NCBI RefSeq assembly: GCF_006345805.1
Contig: NC_043013.1
Coordinates: 43,214,001-43,278,000 of the forward strand
Source of the DNA: Octopus sinensis
Lineage: Eukaryota
Direction of reading: 5' to 3'
Length of the DNA: 64,000 bases
The notes under the pieces are model-generated. The model was not told the DNA's origin. It searched no databases and saw only the letters and a list, made by a program, of their open reading frames with translations. Of the stretch, positions 49,451 to 64,000 are shown piece by piece. The translations under genes were made by a program, and so were the position numbers. Position 1 is the stretch's first letter. Every line of letters begins with the position of its first letter.

Positions 49451-52339
49451 TTTTTTTCACAACCATCGGAGCGAGAAGCGCTCTCGCGACCGCAAGTTCG
49501 TGAGATGGTTGTGATCTGTAAACAGTTTTGAGTAGGAACCAAAAAGGGGAGTATAAACACGCAATGCGCATGAGCACATTGAATTCGTAAAACGGAAGAG
49601 AAGAATAAAAGCGCAATGACAAACAAATTATACGATGGCCTGCATGCCACGTCTGAGACCACTATCATGCAGCTTTACTGCAATTTTCTCTGTTATTATT
49701 ATCATTGGGTGTTTGCATAAATTATTTATTCCCAATCACTGCTTGGTGCTGATGCTGTTATTTTTATTCCGACCAAACGGTATACGAGCGCATTTCAATC
49801 ACAAATGTTGACTGTTGTTAAAGTTACCGCTTTGAATCTGTCCAGGGTTATTTCTGTTAAGGGTTATCTCAGGGTTGAGGAAAACTAAAGATCAAGAAAC
49901 GCGCGTCTGGGAACACAAGAGGAAGCACTACGCAGATATGGCATCTTTACACTTTTTCCATAAGAGAGAATTTTTTTCTCCGCAGCAACTGCAATAAATT
50001 TGTCTTTAGAAGTTGACTTATGTCACAAATATATTTTAACTAACCTAAAGTTCGTTTATTCTTTATCACTGCTTAAGTCGGCGAGCTGGCAGAATGGTTA
50101 GCACGCCGGGCGAAATGCGTAGCCGTATTTCGTCTGCCGTTAAGTGTTCTGGGTTCAAATTCCGCCGAGGTCGACTTTGCCTTCCATCCTTTCGGGGTCG
50201 ATAAATTAAGTACCAGTTTCGCACTGGGGTCGATGTAATCGACTTAATCCCTTTGTCTGTCCTTGTTTGTCCCCTCTGTGTTTAGCCCCTTGTGGGTAAT
50301 AAAGAAATAGGTATTTCGTAATGCTTATCAATTTACATTGTTATGAATTAATCATGGCTTATCTTGTAGCTTTGAGATTTCGAGCTGGCAGAAACGTTAA
50401 CACGCCGGGCGAAATGCCTGGCGGTATTTCGTCTGCCGTTACGCTTTGAGTTCAAATTCCGCCGAGGTCGACTTTGCATTTCTTCCTTTTGGGGGTCGAT
50501 TAAATAAGTTCCAGTTAATCACTGGGGTCGATGTAATCGACTTAATCCCCTTGTCTGTCCTTGCTTGTCCCCTCTATGTTTAGCGCCCTGTGTGTAATAA
50601 AGAAATAAAATTATGTGATTGCTTATTTTTAGATTGCTTATTTTGCTGGGTAGGTATAAGAGGCTAGATCTAGCCGGTTCAAACATAAAACAGGCCTGAT
50701 ATGGCCGGTTTAAATTCTAAAGGGTTAAACGGAGAAGCACATGTAAGATGATGTAGCACTAGCTTCACTTAGAGACAGACTAGACTCTAAGACAAAACAA
50801 CACTAACAAAAACAACATCGTATTTTACATCAACGAAACTGGCTTTTGAAAATAATGTGGATCATCACGACAGTTCAAATGTCAGTAGGACAAATCAGAG
50901 TATTGATTACGATATTCCAGTTAAGTGGTTCTATCGTAGATTCGTACGTGTAGGCATAAATAAACATAGGTACAGGTTGCTTCCCAATCACATATTCCGA
51001 GTTCAGTCCCCCTGCGTGGCACCTTGGGCAAGTGTCTTCTACTATTGCCTCGAGCTGACCAAAGCCTTGTGAGTGCATTTGGTAGACGGAAACTGAAAAG
51101 AAGCCCATCGTATATATATATATGGGGAAAATAGGTTAAAAAAAGAGGTCCAAAAGGAGCGAAAGAATGATTTATAATAACGATTCATCATATTCATTAA
51201 AAAAGAAACAGCCAGAGCAAGTAGTAAGAATATGAAAATAGTTGTTGAAAAATATCGTTATAGGTATAAATATATCATAAACAATTATAAAAAAATAGAC
51301 GAGAAAAAGATGCTGCATCAAATTTAGATTTAATACAAAATAGGATTCAATACATATGCGCGTTTCAAAGGACAATACAAATGTGTAAGAAAAAAATTAT
51401 AATCATAGTAATTATAATTAAATTTATGTATTGTCATACTAATCAGTGTGAAGAATTTTTAGGACATCAAAAAAGGTTTAATAAAATAAATCAAAATAAT
51501 ATACAATAAAGGAGAATACAAAATGGGTAATAGGGAAAAATCGGATATTTACAAGCAAGTTGTAAAAGGAAAAAAATAACAGTAATAATAATAGTGAGAG
51601 AGACGAAAGAGAAAAAAAAGACAAACATATCAAAGTGTATGCACGTCTATATGTGCAGAAAGCTATAATATAAAAATAAGAATAAAAATCTAACGGATAT
51701 GTTTTAAATAATGGTAACAGGTCGAGACGAAGTATAATGTAAACAGGGCCACGTGTGTATAGTAGAATATAACGTAACAGATGCACTAACAGAAAAAAAA
51801 CATAGAGAGTTATACGTAGACATATTAATATTGAAAAACGAAAATATATATATATTACACGAGGCTAAAAGTGACAGGCAGGGCTATGTTTGAAAAAAGT
51901 TACAATATTTAAGTAAAAATGTACGTACAAGCAGAGAAAAAAACAAAGAGAACTTAACAAGGCAAAAACATCGATCGTGTGTGCGAGTGTGTGTGTGCGT
52001 GTGTGTGTGTGTGTGTGTGTGGTGTGTGTGTGTGTGTGTGTGTGTGCATCTATTTCTGTGTTTGTCCCCCACCATCGCTTGACAACTGATGTTGGCGTGT
52101 TTATGTCCCCGTAACTTAGCGGTTCGGCAAAAGAGACCGATAGGATAAGTACTAGGTTTACAAAGAATAAGTCTTGGGGGCGATTTCTTCGACTAAAATG
52201 GCCGCAGTCAAATGACTGAAACAAGTAAAAGAGTAAAAGCGTACATACATACATACATACATACATACATACATACATACATACATACATACATACATAC
52301 ATACATACATACATACATACATAGATTATATATATATAT

Positions 52340-54800
52340 ATAAGACAGCCGAATCACGGTTTCGTTGGATCGGCCCTTAGGTCTAGCGTACACATCATCG
52401 CTTTCGCTCGGAAAACAAAAGTTGTTAAATAATTGTTAGCTTCGTAAGCGCTGCAAGAGGTGTCAATGTGGTGTAAGTCGCAGGTTCTTTCTCTCTCACC
52501 TTTCATGCGTGAAAGATCGAGACTTTTTATAATTGCCGAAGAAAATGGGTATTTGCCAGCACGTTGACAATAGTCCACACTTTTATTTAAGATTGGTAAA
52601 TACTGGTCAATGATATGGAATTTCTTTATATGAAAGGATTCGCATAACTTTGATCTGTTTCTACAAAACCTTTGCGCTTAGTAACATTGTCCCTGTGATA
52701 TTAGTGTACTTTCCTTTGTCTCACGTTTTCTACATACGCTTTGAAAGTGCCGAGGTGCTTTCTAAGTGAAGACGATAAAATGAGCTGTTGTTACGTTGTA
52801 GGTGACACTAGAAGACGTTTTCTGCAAGTCCTGTGTTATTGTTTAACCATAGTTCAACTCTAATTAAGTAAAGCATTTTCCAGGTGTGATCATATCACTT
52901 TCTATTCAGATAAACCCCATTACCCAATGTTTCTACTTTTCTGAAAAGACGACAGGTTGTTTTTTGAGGGAGATTTGGTTGGTATTTTGAGCAAGTCGAT
53001 CGACAGTGGTGAGGATCTTCCATTGACTTGTTGACTCATTAGCGTGTAAGACCAATATAGTTAGTTAGAGACATCAGTGTGACATACACTGAGCTTTTTT
53101 TTTTGTTTTTTATTTTCTAGACATTTACACTTCAGCGAACAAAAATCTATAGTTCAGCAATTATATGTCGACTTTCATGGAACTACGTGTGTTTGCAACA
53201 TATTTGTATTAGGAAATCAATTACATGTTTTTCATGTGACAGTAACTTTTGACATATCTACTACGTGGCCATAGTGTACCTTTATTGCATTTTATTGAGC
53301 AGCTGATATAATTTATAACCATCCGAAATATATTTTCTGATTGAAAAGAGGAAATAATTTTATAACAGTTTTTACACTCATACTGCAAGGTGGATTACAC
53401 CATACGATATTTCTCTTCCCAGTGCTTTTTGGGCAATCGCAAGATGATGTTCTTATGTACTTGATGGTATCGGCTACGTAACATCGCTTCGCTTACTACT
53501 CTGCTGTGTTGTTAAAAATAACTTTATCGAAGGATGATGCATTTATCTTCAACCTAATGCATTTTGCTAGATGTCTGAATGGAAAGTACTTGTATGATGG
53601 GTGGTGCTACTAGGTTTCTTCAAGCGCTTATGCAGTTTATGTTAATTTTAACATCCAGAAAATTTACTGTTTTAAGATTCACTGTTGTAAAAGATTCGCT
53701 GTTGTAAAATCCACTACTCTGAATTTATTAAATGCTACAACTATTCGTTCCTTATAAATGTCAGTTGTTGTTAGGTTTAGAGAATAATAATCAACGACAT
53801 CAAATTAGATAAATTAACATTTATTTTTGTTTTCGATGTCGTTGAGCCACGTGTTCACTGACGCCATGTTATTCTACATATTCAAATTGTTCTAGCAATG
53901 TCTTTTTAGCGTTTAATCTATCAAATTGTTTTTTTTACAACTATTCCAAATTCACTTTTGGCAAGATTAATGAGTCTACAATTAGGTAATATTTCTTGTT
54001 TTTTTCAGATCATTCAGTGTCATGGACACCGATTTTTCTTCTTTCATTTTTTTTTCGTGATATATTTATGTTTGTCTTGAAAATGTTATATTGTATGTCG
54101 GTTTGTTGTGCTTCTGTGCTGATTTCATTACATGCTATTGTGTGAAAGACTGTTGTTCATGAGTCTACTGACCTCGTACATGTTCTTTGATTTGTCTGTA
54201 AATATGAACAGGTTTTGCAAGATTGTTATCTTTAAATCCAATTTTAGTTTGTGTTGGAAATCGTTCTTACTGATTTTTTTTTAATTCTCCAAGCAAAGGA
54301 GGTCCTTTTCGAATACATCTAGTTCATTATTTTGTGATGAATATTTTAGAGATTTTAATCTGGGACCATTTTCATATTATGGTTCTTTTTTTATCTGTGT
54401 TCTCAACGGCGAAGTTGTTCTTCAATCATTTACGTTTTACCACATTTCCCAATTGTTTTCGATGGGTATATTTGAGTAAATTTCCTAAGGCGGTAATGGA
54501 ATATTTTTCTCTGGGTAATCCGTGTATTTTATTTTCATTTATATCTATAAACGCAGCGGCATTGGAACGAAACAAGCATAGAACGAAAAGGAACCGGCAT
54601 GCAGTTTCCGGGATATACAACTTTATCCCTCAAACTGCAAATACCCAAAGAAAGGCTACACATGTCTTACAAGGCACCCCTTCAAAAGCCATCTGTACCA
54701 GTAGAACAAAACATGTCATCGCCAGATGGAAAACATCACAGCAAATGCAAAACATATTTGGAAAACGAGAAAATTACACGGGTTGTGTTAGATAAGACAA
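52340..54800 (-). mobile_element. Degraded Penelope-like element covering N-terminus, thumb and GIY-YIG remnants
   Basis: Reads KNIPLPP.../QLGNVVKRK, KRNIVWCNPPCSMSVKT and NSSFYRLHLESTSALSK..DKGK, ending at a (TA)n/(TACA)n tract. Confidence 0.65.
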
Positions 54801-55847
54801 AGGCATTTATGAACGGCTCAAAGTGCTGTGGTCTTCTTCTTCTTCCAATCAGGACTCACGTCATTAACCACAAAGAACAATCCCTAATTCGAGCTTACTC
54901 TAAGCTACTAAGAATGCGTGTGGCAACTTGAAGATCCACCCATCACACGCGATAGACTGGCGGTTGCACGAGCGCGAAAGCTACGTTGTTATCCTCATTC
55001 CATAGACGGTGGCTTTTAACGGGTGGAGAGTTGAATCATCCTGGGGTCCAGAGGATTCGCAATCTAGACTAGGGTCTGAAAATTTTACCACACCATAGTG
55101 GGTTACACCATGGTTCCTCTGTTTGTTGCAGAAGTAGGAAGAAAGAGTGAGAGAAAGTTGTGGTGAAAGAGCCTCGTGGAGCTTAGGTGTTTTTGCTCAA
55201 TAAACACTCACAATGCTCGGTCTGGGAATCGAAATCGCGTTCTTACGACCGCGAGTCCGCTGCTCTAACCACTGGGCCATTGCGCCTCCATAGTGCTGTG
55301 GTTCTGTGTTAAGGCGGTAGGGTAGAATTTAAAGGAAATTTAGCAGATATTTTTAGCAGAGCGGACGGTTATCTTGAGGCGCCTCTTGGTTCGAAGCTTT
55401 CGATATTATATAGATTAGTGAAAATAAATTTTTGCACAGGAAGATGAAATATACGTTATCTGCAAAAAAAAAAGTGCAAATTGATTTTTCGTCGTTGTTT
55501 GCAATTAATGACTTTCGAAATAGATTTGTCACATGACAACAGCTGCTGAGCGAATCCACGTTGGAACCTCTATCATAGATCCTTGACCTATAAGAAATAA
55601 GTCAAATCGCCCTCAAACCACCCTCATAAACGCATATATGGACAGTTACACATTACATGCTGTATCCTACACACCCCTAAGAGAATGCAATGGTCACGCT
55701 GGAACGCCTTTGGCCATACATCATATATAAACAGGATTGGTTCGAAGATAAACCACATATGTAGCAACAACAATAATAACAACAACAGCAACGACAGCAA
55801 TAACAGCAGCAGCAACTTCAATAACAGCAGCAGCAACAGCAACACAT

Positions 55848-56370
55848 GTGGAGGCGTAATGGCCCAGTGGTTAGGGCAGCGAACTCGCAGTCGTAAGAAC
55901 GCAGTTTCGATTCCCAGACAGGGCATTGTGAGTGTTTATTGAGCAAAAGCACCTAAGCTCCACGAGGCTCCGGCGGGGGTGGGGGGTGAACCCCACTGTA
56001 CTCTTTCACCACAACTTTCTCTCACTCTTTCTTCCTATTTCTGCCAGAAAGCAGAGGAACCCACTATGGTGTGGTAAACTTTCAGACCCTAGTCTAGATT
56101 GCGAATCCTCTGTACCCCAGGATGGTTCAGCTCTCCACCCGTTAAAAGCCACCGTTTGCGGAATGAGGGTAACAACGTAGCTTTCGCACCGTCTATCATC
56201 GCGTGTGGTGGGTGAATCTTCAAGTTGCCGCACACATTCTTAGTAGCTTAGAGTAGGCTCGAATTAGAGATTATTCTTTGTGGCTAATGGCGTGAGTCGT
56301 GGTTGGAAGAAGAAGAAGAAGAAGAAGAAGAAGAAGAAGAAGAAGAAGAAGAAGAAGAAGAGAAGAAGAA
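55848..56370 (+). mobile_element. Family 3 SINE head fused to alternative tail B ending in (GAA)n
   Basis: The same composite occurs on the - strand at ~42420-43000 and ~54835-55290. Confidence 0.8.
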
Positions 56371-56688
56371 AAAAAAAAAAAAAAAAACAGCAGCTGTAAT
56401 GACAACTACAGCAGCAATGATAGCTGCTGGTGCTGCTGCTGCCGGCTGTCAACATTTATAAAAGATATTAGTTCCAAATTTTGGCACCAGGCCAGCGATA
56501 TCGGGGGAGGTGTTAAGGCGATTACATCGACCCAGTGTTTAACTGGAACTCGATTTATCAACCCTATAAAGAAGGAAATGCAAAGCCACCTCGGTGGTAT
56601 TTGAACTCAAAACGTAACAGAACGTAACGAAATACTTAATGAAATGCCGTTAACGATTCTGCCAGATTGCCGCCTTAGTTTTATAATA

Positions 56689-57060
56689 TACTAGCACTAT
56701 GACCCGGCAACACCGGGTCATAGTGCTAGTGCATGCATATACAGCTGCGTGCATGCGCACATAAACGCGAGTACTGTCCAAATCTCCGACCAATCGCATA
56801 CAGCTAGCTGGCATTCAATTGGCGTATCAAGTTTCGGGCATATTGATTAGGCTTTGGATAGAAAATTCACAAAAATGTCACTTCTATTGATTTTTTAATG
56901 GATTTGCCGGGTGATTGGGCAAATGTAAAGATGTGCACGACCACCCTTGGACGATTTTTGAATGACCATAGAAAGTGCGAGCTCTCTAACTGAAAAATTG
57001 TGGATTTGCATAAAGGACACACACACAGACTGATATTTTGCCGTTTATATATAGAGAGAT
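56689..57060 (-). mobile_element. Helentron/DINE-like element with a perfect 18-bp terminal hairpin
   Basis: actagcactatgacccgg-caaca-ccgggtcatagtgctagt at 56690-56730; homolog of 14470-14862. Confidence 0.75.
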
Positions 57061-57689
57061 ATTAACCGCGCAACTGTGTGCTACAAAATTTTCTGCTCTG
57101 ATAGAGCGTGTTCGCGTTCATGTAACTTTACACTCACCCTCCTTGCACCTCTATCTTCCATGGGATGTGATGTCATCTCGATAACATCGTCTCGCTGTCA
57201 ATTGTTAACTGACCAACGTATATCGTCTTTGTAGGGCAACCAACACGAATAGTACTGTACTTAGGAGTCCAAAGCAGAGAGTCCCTAACCAGTCTCTCAC
57301 TACTTCTCCGCTACTGTCCAGCAGAATCTAGTCCCCTTTCTCTAACTCGACTGCAGTACTTATCTTTTTTTAAGAACGATACTCTTTTTTTGCCGAACTG
57401 CTAAATTACGGGGATATGAACAAGCCAACACCGGTTATCAAGTGGTTGGGGTGTGGGACAAACATAAACACACAGACACACATGCCTATACGATAGACTT
57501 CCATACAATTTCCGTCTACTAAGTTCATTCATTTGTCGATCCAGGGTACTATAGTAGAAGACACTTGTCGAAGGTACTGTGCAGTGGGATTGAACCTGAA
57601 ACCATGTGGTTGCAAAGCGAGCTTCTCCCTCAAACTCTGACAAGAAGAATATCAATTTTAACTTCACCAAAGACAAACGAGATCCAATG

Positions 57690-58078
57690 ATATCTTTATA
57701 TATAAAAGAGAGATTGTGTGCCGTCTGTCTCCTACGATTTAGATTCCTAACTACTCCCACATTTTGCGGTGCAGTGTAACCAAAACCGGGTATCTTATAG
57801 TCGTGATTCATATCGAGCCCTTCTGGGTATTAGCGCGCGTCTACGATGAGTCTACGATTAAAAAAAAAATTTACCATCAATTTTTCCCATTTGTAATGCA
57901 TATAAGGGAAGTAACTCTCTAAAAATGTATTATTAAATCTCAGAACGTAAAAAGCTACAGTAACACCCCCCCTTTGTGGTTAACCATATTGAGATGGCTA
58001 TTATACTTTACATCTCTAAAAATGCTTATATAGTTATTTCCCTTACAAACCCGAGCAACGCCGGGCGATACTGCTAGT
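57690..58078 (+). mobile_element. Helentron/DINE-like element, second family
   Basis: 5' atatctttatatataaaa and 3' cccgagcaacgccggg...ctagt. Confidence 0.75.
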
Positions 58079-58958
58079 CATTGATATTGTTTTTTTAAAA
58101 ACCGATAGCGTCATTTTCAGACACAATTTTTTTACAAAGTAACAATATGAAAATCCTTTTAGCGCAAGAATATATTATACATACACAATACACATACTTG
58201 TGTGTGATTGTGTGCACGCCTACTTTCGTACATACATAAGTTCATATGTATTTATATTACAAACTGGTGAATGCTCATGGCTCAGTGGTTAGAGCGTCGA
58301 GCTTACGATCGTGAAGTTGTGAATTCGAATCCTGGACCGGGCTGCGTGTTGTGTTCTTGAACAAGACACTTTATTTCACGTTGCTTCAGTTCACTCAGCT
58401 GTAGAAGGTGCCAAGCTGTATCGGCCTTTGCCTTTCCCTTGGATAACATCAGTGGTATGGAGAGGGGAGGCCGGTATGCATGGGCGACTGCTGGTCTTCC
58501 ATAAACAACCTTGCCCGGACTTGTACCTGGGAGGGTAGCTTTCTAGGTGCAATCCCATGGTCAGTCATGACCAAAGGGGGTCTCAGCAGCATATTACAAA
58601 CTGGCACGCCGTCGGTTGCGACGACGAGGGTTCCAGTTGATCCGATCAACGGAACAGCCTGTTCGTGAAATTAATGTGCAAGTGGCTGAGCACTCCACAG
58701 ACACGTGTACCCTTTACGTAGTTCTCAGCGTGATACACCGATTGTGACAAGGCTGGTCCTTTGAATTACAGGTACAATTCATTTTTGCCAGCGGAGTGGA
58801 CTGGAGCAATGTGAAATAAAGTGTCTTGCTCAAGGACACAACACGCCGCCGGGAATTGAACTCACGATATTATGATCAGAAGCCGATTACCCTTACCACT
58901 AAGGCACGCGCCTTCACGTACTTATACACACACACACATATATATATATATAATATAT

Positions 58959-59030
<72 letters not shown>

Positions 59031-60083
59031 TATATATACACACACACTCACACACACACACTCAGATGTGTGTGAGAGAGAGATCTGAAATTTTCTTTCA
59101 AAATGTTCTGTTGAAGTATCTGTTGACAATATTGTTTCTATTTCACAGTCTCTTGAATTTGGTCGACCGCATGGTTCTGTTATGTTTCCTGCATTTTGCT
59201 GTTTGTACTTGAACGACCTAGATGCTGTCAATACTAAAAATGTACAACCCCGCGACTATAACACTACTTCTCAATCCCCACTAACATTTTACATTCAAAT
59301 ACCATCCACGTGTATCTAAGGGTCTACCACTTGTACGGTTTCCGTGAACAGAGATCTGGAACACACCGTTGATCAAGGTCATGATAGCATTGTCCTTCTG
59401 AACACCCTTTCTTTTTCAAATATACCTCGCAAGTAACATAACCGATAAGAGAGGGGTTCAGGACCCGAATAGGCAAAGAGGGACCCGGAAGATAGAGGGG
59501 AGTCATCACTAAAGAAACCTCATGCTCCCATTGAATTGTGAGAAAGTAAATCTTCTCATAGTCAGAAAGGGGTCTTGTTCCTACTTGCCTAACGTCTTTC
59601 TGATGCCCAGTAAGTAGCGCCCGCAAATGCTAAAATTCGTATTCTCACATAATAATAGCATGGTGAGCTCATTGATAAAATTATCTGCAAAAGACTCGAC
59701 CTCTTCTTCAGGGTCCGAAAGCATTCCAGTCCTGATTAGCTACGACCCTCTACTAAACTCAATTAGAAACCCCATTAGAAGTGCTGCCGACAACAATGGA
59801 ACAGAGCCACGTCTATACACACTCATACAGACACACACATAAACATACACAAATACACACACGTACATGTTTCCCATTCAAGCACAAGGCCAGCAATTTT
59901 GAGAGGAGAGGCGAAGTATTAGATCATTGTGCTAATAATAGTTACCCGGATGGGTGAAAGGCAAACTTGATCTCAGAAGGATCTGAACTCAGAACGCAGA
60001 GATCCGGAACGAATACCGTTGCTCGGCACTTTGAAGATTCTGAATAATGATAATGTACTACATATACGTGTACACAAACACAC

Positions 60084-60123
<40 letters not shown>

Positions 60124-60599
60124 CATCCTAAAGCGCGTCTCACCAAAAGACCATTCTACTGTTCCACAAATATTCACTCACCAATATGCTACAACTATAG
60201 GCTCACTGATTCTTCTCTGTTGTTTTTCCGACCACTACTACCACTGCCTATACTGTTCCCACCCGATTGAACCTAGCCCGTGCTACACACTTGTCTCTCT
60301 CTCCCGTACGACACTCGCCACCCTATTATATAAATATCCGCAGATCCTACCTTACGTACCTCACCCAGTTCTTCCTTCACTGAAATTCCGGCCCTGGTTC
60401 CTGTTTCACTTGAAGACTTCCATCAACAGTTCTTGAAATTAAGCATTAACTGTTCCAATATCACTAAACTGGGAAGGGTTGACCTGCAAAGGTCAGGTAT
60501 TCTGCCACGCCCAACTTATATGACGAACTAATAGACAAATATACATAGACACCTGCCGACTCCCACTCACTAACATTGATACAGATACATACACATATG

Positions 60600-60630
60600 A
60601 GTCTGTAAGATATCATATGCATCATACACA

Positions 60631-60687
<57 letters not shown>

Positions 60688-60868
60688 CACATATATATAT
60701 GTAGAAATAGATATGTATAGAGTGTTTGTATATATGTGTATAAACATACATGTATGCATGCATATGTGTGTAAATACATATTAGAAGGTTTGGAGATAAT
60801 GTATATATACATATATCTATATATACTATGTGTGTATATATATTACAAGGTTTGGAGATGTTTGTATA

Positions 60869-60906
<38 letters not shown>

Positions 60907-61023
60907 TATTTATATATATGTGAGTATGTTTGTGTGTGTGTTCATACATAATATATATATATATATGTGTGTGTGGTGTGTGTGTTTGTACACACCACAC
61001 ACACACATATATATATATATATT

Positions 61024-61073
<50 letters not shown>

Positions 61074-61378
61074 CATATATATACATATATATACATATAT
61101 ACATATATATGTATACATATATATACATATATATACATATATACATATATATACATATATATATATACATACATATATATACATATATACATATATATGT
61201 ATATACATACATACACAACCACACACACACATAACATTTGTATGTACTTTTACTGCTATGCTTGTTAGTATACGTGTGTTAAGTACACACATTCTTCACA
61301 CATTCATATATTAAAAAAAAAAAACATAAATGAATAAATATACATATTTAAACATGCATACATATGTGAATGTGCAAC

Positions 61379-61418
<40 letters not shown>

Positions 61419-61851
61419 ATATATATATTATATATATATATATATATATTATATATAAATAATAAAACATTCATACATTCATATATGCAGACACCACGTT
61501 ATAAAAGTGTATGTATGTATATAATGTGTGTGTGTGTAAGAGAGTGTGTGAGCTTCGTACAATTCTTCGACTCCATTATATTGTCTTTACATTAGATATT
61601 TTTTGTCAAGCTGTAATTAATTTTTAATTATTTGATGACGGATGCTACTGCAGGATAGCACATGTCGATCTATTTATGCTACACTACCATATACACACAT
61701 GCATGTGACTATATATATATAGTATATATATATTATTAAATATATATATTATATAAAATATATATATATATACAGTGCATCACCATGGCCGCAGCTCTTA
61801 GCTGAAACTTTAAAAAAGAGTAAAAAAGAAATATCATATATATACTTACAC

Positions 61852-61890
<39 letters not shown>

Positions 61891-61941
61891 TATTACATAT
61901 ATATGAACATGTTCATTTATATACATATCGATATATATACA

Positions 61942-62009
<68 letters not shown>

Positions 62010-62172
62010 CATGATACATGCATACATAGATATGTATATATGTGTGTATATATATATATATAAGTATTTAGCAAATCTTATCAGGTGGTGCTATTATTTT
62101 GGTCGAAAGATATCTAAGTTGTCTTAGTTTTATATGTGATTCATATTATTCATATATACTCATATATATATA

Positions 62173-62215
<43 letters not shown>

Positions 62216-63588
62216 ATATTATATAATATATATATAATATATAATATTAAAACCAGGCTGTACAGATATTAGAGCATTTATAGATAGAAGGTCTTACAGC
62301 TGATTCTAGGATATTTCTTACACACGCTCACATAGAACCAACGTTGAACCCTTTATTCGCAACATTACCGAATCTGGAACTTAACTATAGTATGTATATA
62401 TATATATATATATATAAATACACATATGTACATATATATATATATGTGTGTGTATATATAAAATATATATGTATATGAATATATATATACACACATATTA
62501 ATATCAACACAACACATACCTGTATGTAGACATACAGGAGTGTGTCTATATATGTATGGGCCTGGCGTATATCACGATGTGTAAGTGTGTATGCAACGCC
62601 TATGTGCATATGCTATGTATGTATGTATGTATTATGTATGTATGTATGTATGTGTGTGTGTATGTATGTAAGTATGTATGTATGTCTGTGTGTATATGTT
62701 TGTATGTATGTATGTATGTATGTATGTGTGTGTGTGTATGTGTGTATGTGATGTATGTATGTCTGTGTATATGTATGTATGTAATGTATGTATGTATGTG
62801 TGTATGTATGTATGTATGTATGCATGTATGTATGTATGTATGTATGTGTGTGTATGTATGTGTGTGTATATGTATGTATGTATGTATGTGTGTGTATGTA
62901 TGTGTGTGTGAGTATGTATGTATGTATGTATGTATGTGTGTGTATGTATGTGTGTGTGTGTATGTATGTATGTGTGTATGTATGTATGTATGTATGTATG
63001 TATGTATGTATGTGTGTATGTATGTATGTGTGTGTATGTATGTGTGTGTATATGTATGTATGTATGTATGTGTGTGTGTGAGTATGTATGTATGCATGTA
63101 TGTATGTGTGTGTATGTATGTGTGTGTGAGTATGTATGTATGTATGTATGTATGTATGTGTGTGTATGTATGTGTGTGTATGTATGTATGTATGTGTGTA
63201 TGTATGTATATATGTATGAATGTTTGTGTGTGTAGGTGTTACATATGCTTTTGTGCATCACTGTACGTATGCGAGGATGTGAGTATTTGTGTGCCATGTG
63301 TGTGCGTTTGTGTCTGTGTATGCAAACGTGTGTCTGTGTGTGTGTGCATGTGTCTGTGTGTGTGTGTGTGCATGTGTCTGTGTGTGTGTGTGTATGCTAA
63401 CGTGTGTCTGTGTGTGTGTCTGTGTGTGTGTGCATGTGTCTGTGTGTGTGTGTGTTTGTGTTGGTTCTGTGTGTGTGTGGTGTGTGTGTGTGTCTGTGTG
63501 TGTGTTTGTGTGTGTTGTCTGTGTGTGTGTCTGTGTGTGTGTGCATGTGTCTGTGTGTGTGTGGTTTTGTTGTGTTGGTGTGTGTGGG

Positions 63589-63637
<49 letters not shown>

Positions 63638-63720
63638 TGTGTGTCTTGTGTGTGTCTGTGTGTGTGTGTGTGTCTGTGTGTTGTGTGTATGTGTGTGTGT
63701 GCGTGTGTGTGTCGAAAGTA
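60600..63720. repeat. Compound microsatellite field: (CA)n, (TA)n, (TATG)n, (TG)n
   Basis: Directly visible. It accounts for all the YIYI/VCVC/HTHT ORFs here. Confidence 0.98.
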
Positions 63721-63826
63721 AGAAAATATTGAATAGTTCTTAATCTGCTGCAATGCAGTTCATGGCAGCCTCCTACATAATGTGATGTGGAGTCTGATGG
63801 TGAGGCTGTCCTCTTCACATTGTTGT

Positions 63827-63867
<41 letters not shown>

Positions 63868-64000
63868 GTGGTGAGGCGGCGGAGTGATGTGTAAGAGACG
63901 TAATGTTTGATGACGAAGATGTTGTTTTGAACGTTGTTGTTTTTGTTGTTGTTGCTGTTGTTGTTGCTGTTGATGATGATGCTACGGCGGCGTGGAGGTG

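Noticed and set aside
60570-63818. Long YIYI/VCVC/HTHT ORFs (also at 1591-2144, 26905-27659 and 44804-45306)
   Set aside because: Translations of di- and tetranucleotide microsatellites.

Overview
Eukaryotic, AT-rich, microsatellite- and SINE-saturated genomic DNA. The SINE families and repeat landscape suggest an octopod cephalopod, which is inferred rather than proven. There are two convergent protein genes: the last two coding exons of a + strand gene with a Gly/Ser/Met-rich C-terminus (1144-1280 and 2145-2566, possibly SAFB/SLTM-like), and a KDM8/JMJD5 JmjC hydroxylase on the - strand (18329-19855) whose whole CDS lies in one exon. The rest is mostly transposon debris: tRNA-derived SINEs, RTE and Dong/R4 LINE pieces, Penelope-like elements (PLEs), mariner/Tc1/Tigger, Helitron and Helentron-type elements, and one 100-N gap. 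The main unannotated signal is RNA. About 19 type I hammerhead ribozyme (HHR) motifs from at least 5 unrelated sequence families can be read by eye. Nine of them sit in a ~475-bp tandem array (9570-13475) that flips orientation at ~11790, giving a retrozyme-like locus and a ~1.6-kb-arm palindrome between the two gene 3' ends. Several other HHRs occur as outward-facing inverted pairs. All folds and alignments were done by eye, and repeat boundaries are approximate.
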